From: Marispirochaeta sp.
Lineage (GTDB): Bacteria > Spirochaetota > Spirochaetia > JC444 > Marispirochaetaceae
DNA: 64,000 nucleotides
Assembly: GCA_963676835.2 (NCBI GenBank)
Contig: CAXXFF010000002.1
Coordinates: forward strand, 1,856,001 to 1,920,000
Direction: 5' to 3'
In this document: positions 1 through 10,613 of the stretch, piece by piece
Numbering within the stretch: the stretch's first letter is position 1
Layout of the letters: the number at the start of each line of letters is the position of its first letter
Made by a program: the position numbers and the translations under genes
The notes under the pieces: generated by a model
Told to the model about the DNA's origin: nothing
Seen by the model: only the letters and a program-made list of their open reading frames with translations
The model's database searches: none

Positions 1-326
1 GTGGAATTGCAGTCATTATTCCTCCGTATCTGGAGTATTTTGCTGATGCGAAACCGGCACGCTGGGCAAAACTTGCCCGCCGGGTTTTCGGCGTTGCTGA
101 GAGGAATGATGTTGCAGCTGCGAAGATGCTTCACCAGAAAGTGCGTGACTGGTTTCAGTCGGTAGGGATGCTGCTGACGTTGACTGATGTAGGGATTACC
201 GGAAAAAACGAGGTCATTGCTGACGATGTTATTAGGATGTATGGCACTCTGGAGGGAGACAAGGTTCCCGGGGCTCGACCTATGTCTCACAGCGACGTTT
301 TAAATGTGCTGAATGCAGCTGTTTAG
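1..326 (+). CDS. Iron-containing alcohol dehydrogenase family protein, C-terminal part (5' end outside window)
   Basis: Frame is open from base 3: GIAVIIPPYLEYFADAKPARWAKLARRVFGV...VRDWFQSVGMLLTLTDVGI, typical of the Fe-ADH/butanol dehydrogenase C-terminus. Confidence 0.7.
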   Translation, partial: GIAVIIPPYLEYFADAKPARWAKLARRVFGVAERNDVAAAKMLHQKVRDWFQSVGMLLTLTDVGITGKNEVIADDVIRMYGTLEGDKVPGARPMSHSDVLNVLNAAV

Positions 327-675
327 GTAAAGAATCACTGGTTGCAGGAGTCAGCAGAGTTCGGCCTGTCAGTTCTTTCTGTAGTTGACGGGCCTTATCT
401 GTTCGAGTCCGCTGATTGTACTAAACGTATACATGGAGTATACGTAAGCTGTGTATTTGTGTGTTTTATAAATTAATGCTGTTCTATGATTAGTCGCCTG
501 TCATAAGTGGAAAAATTGCTAACCTACATGCGTGTTTACCAATAAGTACTTACTTAAAAGGGTTTTATGCAACAAACTGCACTGTTTCAAATCAGCTGGG
601 TTACAAATTTCAAACCATTAGACAATAAGAGAATACAAGAAGTATACAAAAAGACTATTAATGAAACGATTTAGT

Positions 676-704
676 TTGACATAAAAAAATACATGAAGTA
701 TACT
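676..704 (+). promoter_or_regulatory. Sigma70-type promoter of the tct operon, overlapped by a putative GntR operator
   Basis: TTGACA(676-681)-N17-TATACT(699-704); motif ATACAnGnAGTATAC at 429-443, 633-647 and 689-703. Confidence 0.7.
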
Positions 705-904
705 AATAAACGAAATTGATTCCATATCGAAGAAGTTCATAAAAATCAAGACATAGAAAAAGTTATTGAAGGCCCGTCAGGCATGCCTGCAGGCTGAATA
801 GCAGATGCGCGTGCGTTTTGCTTGTGTGTCTATCGTTTGCGCTGGTTGTAGCAATCTGCATATGTAGATGAGCAACATATATATCCATCGGATAAGGAGT
901 GTTT

Positions 905-1888
905 ATGAAAAGGATTCTAGTAGTTTTGTGTTTAGTGCTGATAGTAGCCGGACTGTCTTTCGCTGAAGGACAGGGCGAAAAGGAATATCCCACCAAGGAT
1001 ATTCAGTTTATCTCAGCCGGAAATGCTGGTGGCGGTGCTGATGCACTTTCTAGAAAGATTTGTGCCATTGCGCAAAAGGATCTGGGCGAAGATTTCTATA
1101 TTGTCAACAAGGGTGGATCTTCCGATGCAAACGGACCCAGTCTGTTGATGAAAGCAAAACCCGATGGCTATACAGTCGGGCAGCTTCTGTATGGTTCTGT
1201 TGTTTCAGCTGTGTGGAATGAAGTCCTGCCAGGGTATGATCTGGATCAACTTGAGATTTTCGGAATGGTCTCTGCGGAAGCAGACTCCTTTGTTGCTGGA
1301 AAGCACAGCGGTATCACCTCATTTGATGATCTGATCGCCAAGGCGAAGGCTGCGCCGAACACTATTACCGTAGCAGACCAGGGTGCTGGCTCACGGACTT
1401 ATATGATAGTCCGCCAGGTGGAAGAAATGTATGGTGTAAAATTTAACAATGTGTCATATCCAGGTTCTGGAAACATGCGGGAAGCTATTCTAAACAAGGA
1501 ACTGGCGGTTGGTGTTAATAGTCTCGGAGACTTTGCTCCTATTATAGATTCCGGAGACGCTATCGGTCTGGTAGAGTTCAGTCCGAAAAAGAATATGAAG
1601 TACCAGGATGTCCCCGTTTGTCCTGACCTTGGAATGCCTGAAAGTATGCAGAGTGGGTCTTTCTTTGCACTTGCAGTTCCAAAAGGCACACCTGAAGATA
1701 TTATCACGCTTCTGGCAGATACTTTTAAAATGGCAGTCGAGAGTAAGGAGTTTACCGATTTTACAACTTCGATTGGAGTTACGCCTGTCTCCATGAACAG
1801 AGCTGATTCTGTAGCCTACGTTAAGGGGGTTCAGGAAAGAGCCTTCAATGCTCTTCAGGAATTGAAAGACAAAGGGTTGATTGATTAA
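905..1888 (+). CDS. tctC: Tripartite tricarboxylate transporter substrate-binding protein (TctC/Bug family)
   Basis: Signal peptide; YPTKDI, AGGGAD, KPDGYT, VSYPGSG, VPKGTP motifs; RBS AAGGAG before ATG 905. Confidence 0.9.
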   Translation: MKRILVVLCLVLIVAGLSFAEGQGEKEYPTKDIQFISAGNAGGGADALSRKICAIAQKDLGEDFYIVNKGGSSDANGPSLLMKAKPDGYTVGQLLYGSVVSAVWNEVLPGYDLDQLEIFGMVSAEADSFVAGKHSGITSFDDLIAKAKAAPNTITVADQGAGSRTYMIVRQVEEMYGVKFNNVSYPGSGNMREAILNKELAVGVNSLGDFAPIIDSGDAIGLVEFSPKKNMKYQDVPVCPDLGMPESMQSGSFFALAVPKGTPEDIITLLADTFKMAVESKEFTDFTTSIGVTPVSMNRADSVAYVKGVQERAFNALQELKDKGLID

Positions 1889-1921
1889 AACCTGAGGATT
1901 CGAACTATATTCGAATTTGAC

Positions 1922-1955
1922 GGACGGCAGAAAACACTTCTGCCGTCCATTTTTT
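1922..1955 (+). terminator. Hairpin/attenuator between tctC and tctB
   Basis: GGACGGCAGAA-loop-TTCTGCCGTCC followed by a T-run. Confidence 0.7.
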
Positions 1956-1971
1956 AAGGAGTCGTTTTGTT

Positions 1972-2493
1972 ATGAATAGCAGAGCAACATATTTAAATGC
2001 GGAGGTTCTGACACCAGTCGGAATAATCGTTTTTCTGCTGGGCTATTTAGCAGAAGCTTTACGTATGGGGTGGATTGTAAAGGATGGTTTACCATCGGAA
2101 TCTTTTTTTCCTGTACTTTTATTTGTCCTGGGGTTTCCCGTCGCCGTGTATCTGTTGATACATGGGCTATTGAAAACAAAAGAGAAATTGGAGACTGCAG
2201 TACCAGTTGGTGCTGTCCCCGAGCGGGATGGAGGAAGTTCGTCAAAACTGGTCGTAGATGTAAAATACAAGCCTTTTTTTATCACAGTTTTAACTGTGGC
2301 CTTTATCGTATTGTTTAAATATTTAGGATATACCATTTCGGCTCCTATTTATATTTTTCTTTTTCAGCTGATATATGATGATGAGTTTGGAAACTACTTA
2401 AGAAAAATTATCGTGTCAGTAATTGTTAGTGTACTTGTATATGTTCTCTATGTTGGTTTCTTCAATATTCTCTTTCCGGAGGTTTGGAAATGA
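1972..2493 (+). CDS. tctB: TTT small membrane subunit (TctB family)
   Basis: 173 aa, about 4 TM segments, P..FP and LGY motifs, lies between tctC and tctA. Confidence 0.8.
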   Translation: MNSRATYLNAEVLTPVGIIVFLLGYLAEALRMGWIVKDGLPSESFFPVLLFVLGFPVAVYLLIHGLLKTKEKLETAVPVGAVPERDGGSSSKLVVDVKYKPFFITVLTVAFIVLFKYLGYTISAPIYIFLFQLIYDDEFGNYLRKIIVSVIVSVLVYVLYVGFFNILFPEVWK

Positions 2494-4022
2494 ATAGTCT
2501 TCTGCAAATTCTAGAAGGATTTTCATTTTTGACAGATCCTTATTCAATTCTGTTGTTGAGCCTCGGATTTTTTATAGGTATCATTTTTGGTTGTCTGCCA
2601 GGTTTGACTGCTACTCTGGCAATAGTCCTGCTGATGCCCATGACTTACTCCATGCCACTTTCGCAGGCTCTGGTTGTTTGTGCCGGCATATATATGGCAG
2701 GGACATATTCAGGTTCTATCTCAGCAATTACGCTTAATATACCAGGAGCACCAGCCGCAATGATGACCAGCCTGGAAGGACATCCTATGATGAACAGGGG
2801 GGAAGGCGCTAAAGCCATCGGGTCCGTTACAATAGGATCGGCCATTGGCGGAACTATTGGCAGTATTCTCCTGATCCTTGTGGCTCCTTTAACAATGGAA
2901 CTTGCTCTTCATATCCGCACCCCAGGAAAGACGGCGCTTATTTTCTTTGCCTTAATTGTTGTGTCTCTACTATCAGACAGTAAGGCTAAGGGGCTCATAT
3001 CTCTGGTATTTGGGTGCATGCTTTCCACAATTGGTATGGATGTACTAAGCAATAATTCCCGCTTTACTTTTCAGATCCCCAGTATGCTCCAGGGTATTGA
3101 GCTTACAACCATTATCATTGGCGCCTTCGCTCTTAGCGAATTGCTCTCTCAGTCAACAGTTAACAATAAAGAGTACAAAGAGCGTGTAGATAAAGCGAGT
3201 TCCAGGCGGTTTAAAAGAAAAGAGTTCTTTCCCAGTTTTAAAGAGATGAAAGAGATCGGCTTTTTGACCTACCTGAAAAGCGCATTGATCGGCTATGTAA
3301 TAGGGGTGCTGCCGGGAAGTGGGGCATCGATGGCTGCCTTCGTTTCTTACGCTGAAGCGAAACGAAGCTCCAAACATCCTGAAAAATATGGAAGAGGATA
3401 CCCTGAAGGAATGGTTGCAGCAGAAACCGCTAATAATGCGGTCTGTGGCGGAGCTTTGATTCCCATGCTCTCTTTGGGGATTCCCGGAGACGGTGTTACA
3501 GCTGTTGTGCTTGGGGTTTTAATGATCTATGGAATTGTCCCCGGCCCGACTTTGCTGGCAAATCAGATGGCTGATATTGCACCCATGTTTATTGCACTGC
3601 TTTTTTCAGCAATGATCCTACTGCCACTGTCGCTGTATCTCTTTGGCCCGTTCTATCTAAAGATTGCAAAAATCCCCCGGCTACCCTTATACAGTTCAAT
3701 TGGATTGATTGCGATCCTGGGAGTCTATTCGTCTACCTTGGATTTCTTTCAGATGTTCGTAGCTCTGGTAATCGGAATTCTGATTTATTTTCTGGGCAAA
3801 CAGCATTACCCCAAAGTGCCTTTTATTTTAGGTGTTATTCTGGGGCCGCTGTTTGAGTTGTACCTGCGCACAGCTATGTCAATAAGCAACGGCAACCCAC
3901 TGATTTTTATAACAAGTTTTGACAGTCTTATATTCCTGCTGTTGACAGTTTTCTTTGCTATCTTTTTGCCAAGAGTCAATAACATATCACATGAGCGAGC
4001 TGTGGCTGTTGAAGAGAAATGA
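2490..4022 (+). CDS. tctA: TTT large permease (TctA family)
   Basis: GCLPGL, NIPGAPAA, GVLPGSG, ETANNA, LGIPGD motifs; ATG overlaps the tctB stop. Confidence 0.92.
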   Translation: MNSLLQILEGFSFLTDPYSILLLSLGFFIGIIFGCLPGLTATLAIVLLMPMTYSMPLSQALVVCAGIYMAGTYSGSISAITLNIPGAPAAMMTSLEGHPMMNRGEGAKAIGSVTIGSAIGGTIGSILLILVAPLTMELALHIRTPGKTALIFFALIVVSLLSDSKAKGLISLVFGCMLSTIGMDVLSNNSRFTFQIPSMLQGIELTTIIIGAFALSELLSQSTVNNKEYKERVDKASSRRFKRKEFFPSFKEMKEIGFLTYLKSALIGYVIGVLPGSGASMAAFVSYAEAKRSSKHPEKYGRGYPEGMVAAETANNAVCGGALIPMLSLGIPGDGVTAVVLGVLMIYGIVPGPTLLANQMADIAPMFIALLFSAMILLPLSLYLFGPFYLKIAKIPRLPLYSSIGLIAILGVYSSTLDFFQMFVALVIGILIYFLGKQHYPKVPFILGVILGPLFELYLRTAMSISNGNPLIFITSFDSLIFLLLTVFFAIFLPRVNNISHERAVAVEEK

Positions 4023-4089
4023 TTCATCGGCAGATGATTCAGTGTGATCAGTAACTATATTTCCGTAAGTTTATAAGGAGGCACTTTTT

Positions 4090-4977
4090 GTGAATATAGA
4101 TTTTAAAGGCATTATTCCCCCGGTGGTTACACCGTTTACCTCTGACGGGAAGAAGATATCTGAAGAGAGATTTCGTGAGGTGATCCGCCATGTAGTCTCC
4201 AATGGCTGCTCGGGCGTATTTATCGGTGGCAGCCAGGGTGAGTTCTTCTCCCTCAGCTTCGAAGAAAGAGTTCGGTCGTATGAAATCGCGGTTGATGAGG
4301 CTGCCGGTAAGTTTTATGTGTTTGCCGGTACCGCTGCTGTAACGACGGAAGAAGCAGTCAATCTTACAAAAGCAGCGGAAAAGGCGGGTGTTGACGCTGC
4401 TTCCGTAATAAATCCTTATTTTATTACCCCTGATGCACAGGAGCTGTACGATCACTATAAAACTATTGCTGATTCTACCGCGCTTCCAGTATATCTGTAC
4501 AATAACCCGGGGCGAACCGGGAGTGTAATTCCGGTTTCAGTTATCTCCAGGTTATCTGGGATTGAGAATATTGTTGGTATGAAAGATTCCAGCGGCGATC
4601 TTACCTATGTGAATAATATACTCAGTAGTACGGAAAACTTCGATCTATTCTGTGGACGTGATACCTGCATCTACAATGAACTTACTTCCGGTGCCGTTGG
4701 GGCTGTTGCGGCTACCGCTAATGTTGCTCCTGCGCTGGTATCGAGTATTTATAATGCAGTACAAGTCGGTGACCTGGCGCAGGCCAGGAAGGCGCAATCA
4801 GAACTTGCCCCTTTGAGGAACGCATTCGACCTTGGAAGTTTTCCAGTTGTTGTGAAAGAAGCGTTACAGCTGATCGGCCTGGAGGTGGGGCCTGCGCGCC
4901 TACCTGTGCGTCCCCTGACGATCGAAAACAGGGCTAAATTAAAAGATATTCTTATTTCCATGAATTTGATCAACTAG
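4090..4977 (+). CDS. DapA/NanA-family class I aldolase (probably a catabolic 2-keto-3-deoxy-acid aldolase or dehydratase)
   Basis: GSQGE, YNNPGRTG and Schiff-base GMKDSSGD motifs; transporter operon context. Confidence 0.85.
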   Translation: MNIDFKGIIPPVVTPFTSDGKKISEERFREVIRHVVSNGCSGVFIGGSQGEFFSLSFEERVRSYEIAVDEAAGKFYVFAGTAAVTTEEAVNLTKAAEKAGVDAASVINPYFITPDAQELYDHYKTIADSTALPVYLYNNPGRTGSVIPVSVISRLSGIENIVGMKDSSGDLTYVNNILSSTENFDLFCGRDTCIYNELTSGAVGAVAATANVAPALVSSIYNAVQVGDLAQARKAQSELAPLRNAFDLGSFPVVVKEALQLIGLEVGPARLPVRPLTIENRAKLKDILISMNLIN

Positions 4978-4985
4978 AGCAGTAA

Positions 4986-5010
4986 GCCCGGCTATTGTAC
5001 TCGGCCGGGC
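4986..5010 (+). terminator. GC hairpin after the dapA-like gene
   Basis: GCCCGGC...GCCGGGC. Confidence 0.45.
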
Positions 5011-5100
5011 ATTATTATTGATCTAATAATGAGTTACAGCCAGAGAAGACAGATGGCCTAGCTTGACGCATACAAAATTTTATCATAGCGTGACAAAGGT

Positions 5101-5757
5101 ATGTACTCGGAAAAACACAACAAGGAAAGTGTCTACAAGGACATTCACAAGCAGATTCGAACCGGTAAGCTGGCCCCAGGCGACCATATTCTGGAAAAAG
5201 AGCTTTGTTCAAAGTACGGATTGAGTCGGACTCCAATGCGGGAAGTCCTCTGGAACCTGGAAAAGGAAGGTCTCCTGATACCAGCGCCTAAAAACGGATA
5301 TCTTGTACGCGAACTTAACCTGCAGGAAATAATGGAGATTTTCCAGGCTAGGGAGGCGGTGGAAGGAATGGCTGCCTATCTGGTTTCGCATCTGCGCAAT
5401 GAAGATTTCTTTAACAGGTTGAAGGAATTCAGGGAAGCTCTGGAATCTTTAAGTGATGATGAAATGCAGGCTGAAGGTCCAAAACTTGGTGCCCAGTTGC
5501 ATACATTCATCATAGAAAATGCTAACAACGGTATCTTGTTCGGATACTATAAAATGCTGCACACCCTATACTCTCTAACTGTCAACATTTCAAGTCAGTC
5601 CAGGGAAATCGAGAGTAAGTCGAGGGAATCTCACCTCGCTATAATAAAAGCGATAGAGGACAGAAACGGAGAGCTCGCGGAAAAGCTGATGCGCGAACAT
5701 CTTCGAGAGACCTGTCGAAATATTGCGAAGGTTTTTTATCCTAATTTGATAGAGTAA
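5101..5757 (+). CDS. GntR family regulator (FCD domain)
   Basis: wHTH SRTPMRE; C-terminal H..II.AI and M.EHL. Confidence 0.9.
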   Translation: MYSEKHNKESVYKDIHKQIRTGKLAPGDHILEKELCSKYGLSRTPMREVLWNLEKEGLLIPAPKNGYLVRELNLQEIMEIFQAREAVEGMAAYLVSHLRNEDFFNRLKEFREALESLSDDEMQAEGPKLGAQLHTFIIENANNGILFGYYKMLHTLYSLTVNISSQSREIESKSRESHLAIIKAIEDRNGELAEKLMREHLRETCRNIAKVFYPNLIE

Positions 5758-5799
5758 AGCTTGATGGCTCTGGTGTATATAAACTGTGCTATGCTCAGC

Positions 5800-6816
5800 T
5801 TATTCGTAGTGGATGGGAGCACAGGATTCCCGCTCGATCAATCTGCAGGGGATGATGGAGCGAACGATCTTACTGTCCTTCTTTTCAATGTTATCCAGCA
5901 GGATTCTTGCTGATTCCCTACCCATCTCATAGGGCGATTGGGCAATGACGGTTACCGGTACTTTCAGGTGTTCCGCCATTGGAATCTCATCAAAAGCAAT
6001 GAGTGATATGTCCTCCGGTATCCGCACGTTCAAGCGCCTGAAATCACTCAAAAGGCTACTGGTTATCGCAAGGTAGAGCGACAGGAAGGCTGTGGGAGGA
6101 TCGGGCATGCTGAGTATTTCTTCGGTCGCTGTTTCGAGGCCCGTTTCCCTGTTCCAGAAATGGATCAAGCCAGGGTCGTGAGTAATTCCGTATTTCTTCA
6201 GAGCGTCGCAGTATCCTTCAAACCGTTCTCGCCGGGTTCTGGATGTCTGATATTCAATGGTTTGCAGACATATCCTTTTATGCCCAAGCTTGAGCAAGTG
6301 CTCCGTCGCAACAAAGGCGCCGGCCCGATTGTCGGCGAGGACAATGCTCGTTTTAAGGTCGTCATATTCGAGGTGCAGCTGCACGAGGGGAAATCCGGAG
6401 GACACTTCTCGGGCGATTATCTTGTTGTTCTCACCGGATGAAGCGATGATGATACCATCGACACGCAACTGTCGCAGTTTCTTTAATGACTGTCTTTCGG
6501 TAGCCGGATCGAAGTCTGTATTATGAATAAGCACATCGTATTTATACTCCTTGCAGAAATCATCGATGCCGCGTAATACACGGCTGGTAAAGAAGCCGGT
6601 AATATCCCGGACTATTACTCCTATGGTGCGTGTTCTGTCTGTCTTGAGGCTCTGGGCCAATGGATTCGGGATATAGTTCAGCTCCTCGATGGTGCTCCTG
6701 ATGCGTTTTTTGGTTTCGGCGGACATGTAGTTAAAGCGTCCGTTCAGATACTGGGACACAGTGCTCTTGGACACGCCAGCTTTGTCGGCTACATCGCCTA
6801 TTCGAATCTTACCCAT
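5800..6816 (-). CDS. LacI family regulator (KdgR-like)
   Basis: IGDVADKAGVSKSTVSQYLNG, LNYIPN..AQSLK. Confidence 0.92.
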   Translation of the reverse strand: MGKIRIGDVADKAGVSKSTVSQYLNGRFNYMSAETKKRIRSTIEELNYIPNPLAQSLKTDRTRTIGVIVRDITGFFTSRVLRGIDDFCKEYKYDVLIHNTDFDPATERQSLKKLRQLRVDGIIIASSGENNKIIAREVSSGFPLVQLHLEYDDLKTSIVLADNRAGAFVATEHLLKLGHKRICLQTIEYQTSRTRRERFEGYCDALKKYGITHDPGLIHFWNRETGLETATEEILSMPDPPTAFLSLYLAITSSLLSDFRRLNVRIPEDISLIAFDEIPMAEHLKVPVTVIAQSPYEMGRESARILLDNIEKKDSKIVRSIIPCRLIERESCAPIHYE

Positions 6817-6856
6817 ATTGTCTTTCCTGCTATTCTGGAATATAAAAAACTTTTGC

Positions 6857-6969
6857 TTGACAGCTCATCAATAGAGGGATTATAGTACATAAACCGGTTT
6901 ATGTAAAAGCTAAAAGGCTAAATAAACCAGTTGTTTTTTATTTTTTGTCATACTAAATCGGTTTAGTAT
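6857..6969 (+). promoter_or_regulatory. Promoter and LacI-type operators for the manD/rspA operon
   Basis: TTGACA(6857)-N18-TATAGT(6881); perfect 20-bp palindrome TACATAAACCGGTTTATGTA at 6886-6905; second near-palindrome ATACTAAATCGGTTTAGTAT at 6950-6969. Confidence 0.8.
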
Positions 6970-6986
6970 TCGAAGGGGATAGGAAA

Positions 6987-8204
6987 TTGAAGATAAAGGA
7001 AGTCAAAGTAATCGTCAGCTGCCCCGGCAGGAACTTTGTTACGCTGATAATCACGACAGAAAGCGGGATCCGCGGCATTGGCGATGCAACTGTCAATGGT
7101 CGGGAAATGGCAGTTGTTACCTATCTGGAGGAACACGTTGCCCCCTGTCTTGTAGGCCGTAGTGCCCACGATATTGAAGATATCTGGCAGTATCTTTACA
7201 AGGGTGTGTATTGGCGTAAAGGTCCGATAAATATGGCAGCTATTGGAGCTGTGGATATGGCTCTCTGGGATATTAAGGGAAAGGCCGCGGGGCTTCCGGT
7301 ATATCAGCTGCTAGGCGGTAAAAGCCGCAAGGCAATCACTGTGTATGCCCATGCCAGCGGAAATACGGTGGATGAGACACTGGACCATATGGGAGATCTT
7401 GTAGCCCAGGGATTCAAGGCTGTTCGGCTGCAATCTGCGATTCCCGGTCTTGATGGGAGTTATGGGGTTCTGGGCGATAAAAAGGACCATTTTGAACTGC
7501 AGAGCAACAGACCTCTTCCCCCGGAGCATCCCTGGTCTACCGTTAAATACTTCAATGTTGTATCCGAGCTTTTTGAGAAAGCGCGCGAGCGCTTTGGCAA
7601 TGAGGTTCATCTTTTACATGATGTTCACAGTCGGTTGACTCCCATTGAAGCTGCCAGACTGGGTAAGCTTCTTGAGAAATACAATCTGTTGTATCTGGAG
7701 GATGCGGTAGCCGCGGAAAATCAGGATAGTTACCGAATCGTCAGGCAGCACACCACAACTCCTATGGCTATAGGGGAGATCTACAACACTATCTGGGACT
7801 GCAGAGAGCTGATAGAGAATCAGTGGATCGACTATATCCGGATGGCTGCAACGCATGCCGGCGGTATCACAGCCCTCAAGCGGATAGCGGATTTTGCTGC
7901 CCTTTACCATGTCAGGACTGCACCTCACGGTGCACCGGACCTTTCTCCTATCTGTTACGCCGCCCAGGCTCACGTTGATATCTGGGCACCGAATTTCGGT
8001 ATTCAGGAGTTTGTGGGCTTTGGAACAGACACCTCCAACGAGGTGTTCAAGTATGACATGTTGGTGAAGGACGGGATGATATATCTGGGAGATACTCCTG
8101 GTCTGGGCGTTGATTTCGATGAGGCAGCCGCAGCGAGGTATCCATACAAACGGTCATATCTGCCCGTCAGCAGACTTGAAGACGGAACATTGTGGAGCTG
8201 GTAA
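6987..8204 (+). CDS. manD: D-mannonate/D-altronate dehydratase, ManD/RspA subgroup of the enolase superfamily
   Basis: [48 protein letters not shown]. Confidence 0.88.
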   Translation: MKIKEVKVIVSCPGRNFVTLIITTESGIRGIGDATVNGREMAVVTYLEEHVAPCLVGRSAHDIEDIWQYLYKGVYWRKGPINMAAIGAVDMALWDIKGKAAGLPVYQLLGGKSRKAITVYAHASGNTVDETLDHMGDLVAQGFKAVRLQSAIPGLDGSYGVLGDKKDHFELQSNRPLPPEHPWSTVKYFNVVSELFEKARERFGNEVHLLHDVHSRLTPIEAARLGKLLEKYNLLYLEDAVAAENQDSYRIVRQHTTTPMAIGEIYNTIWDCRELIENQWIDYIRMAATHAGGITALKRIADFAALYHVRTAPHGAPDLSPICYAAQAHVDIWAPNFGIQEFVGFGTDTSNEVFKYDMLVKDGMIYLGDTPGLGVDFDEAAAARYPYKRSYLPVSRLEDGTLWSW

Positions 8205-8225
8205 AACGTTATACTGTAATTGAGG

Positions 8226-9215
8226 ATGGAAATGATGAGAGCAAAATTTGGAAAAACGGAACTTGAAACAAGCCCTATTGTATATGGCTGTATGGGGGGG
8301 GCTGGCGCCTTTGGTGAGCAGGATGAAAAAGATTCCCTGGAGGCTCTGCGTGAGGCCTACGATGTGGGGATCAATTTCTTTGATACCGCTGAGGCCTACG
8401 GGGATGGGTATTCGGAGCAGCTGCTCAACCGGGCTTTGGGGGATGTACGGAATAACATCGTTATTTCTTCTAAAGTTGCCAGGCAGCATTTGGCACCTCA
8501 GGAGATCAAAGAGGCGTGTGAACGAAGTTTGAAAAACCTGGGCACCGATTTTCTGGACCTGTATCTGCTGCACTGGCCGTCCCGGGATGTTCCCCTGGCC
8601 GATAGTATGGGAGCGCTGAAGGAACTTCAGCAGCAAGGGAAAATCCGCTACTACGGTGTTTCCAACTTCGGTCGCGATGATCTTTCCGAGGCGATGGAAC
8701 TTGGGGAACTGAGCACCAACCAGCTTGTGTACAACCTGATGTATCGTGCCATTGAGTTTGAAGTTCAGCCCAGATGTGAGAAAGAGGGAATCCCGATCAT
8801 GTGTTACTCCTCGCTTATGCAGGGGTTGCTGGCGGCAAAATACCGGAATATTGCCGACTTTCCTGAAAATCGTGCAAGAACCCGCATGTTCGATAGCCGA
8901 AAGTGGTCACAGTGCCGTCATGGTGAAGAAGGAACGGAAGAAGTTGGTCAGCGAGCTCTGGACACCATATGGAGTATCGTCGAAAACTCGGATCTCTCCA
9001 TGGAAGAACTGGCTGTAGGATGGCTAAAGGCCCAGCCTGCTGTAGGCGGAGTAATCGTGGGAACAAGAAATGCTAAGCAGAGCAGGGGGCTGGCTAAGTT
9101 ATTGGAAGTCAAGGTTGACGATTCAACCCTGTATGCTTTGTCCGAGGCTACAGATGAATTAAAAAATGCTCTTGGTACCAATATCGATATGTGGGGTGGA
9201 GGACGCACCCGGTAG
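8226..9215 (+). CDS. Aldo/keto reductase
   Basis: FFDTAEAYGDG.SE, DLYLLHWP, GVSNF, YSSLMQGLL. Confidence 0.9.
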   Translation: MEMMRAKFGKTELETSPIVYGCMGGAGAFGEQDEKDSLEALREAYDVGINFFDTAEAYGDGYSEQLLNRALGDVRNNIVISSKVARQHLAPQEIKEACERSLKNLGTDFLDLYLLHWPSRDVPLADSMGALKELQQQGKIRYYGVSNFGRDDLSEAMELGELSTNQLVYNLMYRAIEFEVQPRCEKEGIPIMCYSSLMQGLLAAKYRNIADFPENRARTRMFDSRKWSQCRHGEEGTEEVGQRALDTIWSIVENSDLSMEELAVGWLKAQPAVGGVIVGTRNAKQSRGLAKLLEVKVDDSTLYALSEATDELKNALGTNIDMWGGGRTR

Positions 9216-9272
9216 AGAGAATTCCAACAACTGTACGTTGTGCAGAGGAATTATAAATTAGGAGGAAAGGAT

Positions 9273-10538
9273 ATGACAAATCACAAAGGAGTCTATCGTA
9301 TTATTTTAACGGTTCTGCTGGTTTTGGGAATCACTGTTAACCTTGGCGCTGCAGGCCAGGATGAAGGAGGAAATGGGAAGGTCGAAACCCTGTCTTTTAT
9401 CACCTGGCGGGGTGATGACTCGGCCGGCTATGACGCTATCATTGAAGCCTTTGAAGCGAAATATCCGAACATCAAGGTCAACGTTGAATATTTCAAAGGT
9501 GGTACCACCTACGACGGTATCGTAACCACCCGCGGAATGGGGGGGGAACTGGATTTTTATGCAGCCCAGCCCGGAGGTCAGTTAGCCGCGTATGTACAGT
9601 CCGGTTATGCTCTGGATATAAGCGATCAGGAGTTCATCAAACGTGTTACGCCCGGTGCTGTTGCAGCCGCCACATATGACGGCAAAACCTATGGTGTTTC
9701 CCAGGCGCTCAGTACCAACTGCGTCTTTTATAATAAGGAGATTTTCGCTGAGTACAACCTCTCTGTTCCTAAAACCTGGGACGAGTTTATTGCAATTTGC
9801 GATACTTTGAAGGCTAACGGTGTTACTCCTTTGGTTGCTGGACTTTCCCAGCACTACATTGCCCAGAATTACTACAAAATGATGGCAGCTCACTGGATGC
9901 CCGAGAAGTCTCCTGGATTCTGGCAGGCTATTACGATGAAAGAGATGACCCTGCGGGATGAGCCTTTTCCAACCATCCTCAAAGATATCCAGATGCTTTA
10001 TGACAAGGGTTATTATGTTGATGGCGTAGAAGGGGTAGACAAACACGGTGCTGCCGCCCTTTTTGCTCAGGGCAAAGTTGCCATGGATGTGGAAGGTACC
10101 TGGCGGACCAGCACCATTTCTACGGCTGAAGGGGCTCCGGATTTCGGCATGTTCTCTCTCCCCTACAAGGGCAATCCCGATGAGATTACGCATGTAGTGG
10201 CACCCAACCAGGCCCACCTGATCTTCCCGGGTTCCAAGCACATCGATGCGGCCCTCAAGTTCTATGATTTCATGACCACCGCTGAAATGGCTTCGGTCTT
10301 CTCGGCTCACACTTCCCAGGTTCCGACCGTGAAAGGTACTAAGGTAGATTCGCCTATTCTTCAGATGGCTATGGATCTGATGGATTCCACACGTCCGGTT
10401 CTGGGACCAAACCTGGCGAACACCAATAATGAAGTTCAGGATACGCTTTACCAAACCTTTACCAAGGTTGCGGTAGGTCAAGATACCGACGCGGTGATTG
10501 AAGAGATGCAGGCTAAGATTGACGCTATTGAACGGTAG
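9273..10538 (+). CDS. Carbohydrate ABC transporter substrate-binding protein
   Basis: Signal peptide, FYNKEIF, VPKTWDEF, FAQGKVAM; RBS AGGAGG before ATG 9273. Confidence 0.88.
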   Translation: MTNHKGVYRIILTVLLVLGITVNLGAAGQDEGGNGKVETLSFITWRGDDSAGYDAIIEAFEAKYPNIKVNVEYFKGGTTYDGIVTTRGMGGELDFYAAQPGGQLAAYVQSGYALDISDQEFIKRVTPGAVAAATYDGKTYGVSQALSTNCVFYNKEIFAEYNLSVPKTWDEFIAICDTLKANGVTPLVAGLSQHYIAQNYYKMMAAHWMPEKSPGFWQAITMKEMTLRDEPFPTILKDIQMLYDKGYYVDGVEGVDKHGAAALFAQGKVAMDVEGTWRTSTISTAEGAPDFGMFSLPYKGNPDEITHVVAPNQAHLIFPGSKHIDAALKFYDFMTTAEMASVFSAHTSQVPTVKGTKVDSPILQMAMDLMDSTRPVLGPNLANTNNEVQDTLYQTFTKVAVGQDTDAVIEEMQAKIDAIER

Positions 10539-10564
10539 ATGTAAGCCATAACGCAATTGGATTG

Positions 10565-10596
10565 TATTCCCCGGGGCCTTTTCCCCCGGGGAATAC
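10565..10596 (+). terminator. Intercistronic hairpin after the SBP gene
   Basis: GTATTCCCCGGGG-CCTTTT-CCCCCGGGGAATAC. Confidence 0.6.
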
Positions 10597-10613
10597 TTCC
10601 TTATGAGGATACG

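Noticed and set aside
386..779. 11-bp inverted repeat (TGACGGGCCTT / AAGGCCCGTCA) as MITE ends
   Set aside because: Short, the left copy is part of a local terminator-like hairpin, and no target duplication is evident.
4090..4977. Biosynthetic dapA
   Set aside because: GSQGE rather than GTTGE and a catabolic transporter context; gene symbol withheld.
9582..10556. Long antisense ORFs (also 41263-42213, 61845-62924, 44803-45558, 38285-39010)
   Set aside because: They are shadows of well-supported genes on the opposite strand and have no recognisable motifs.
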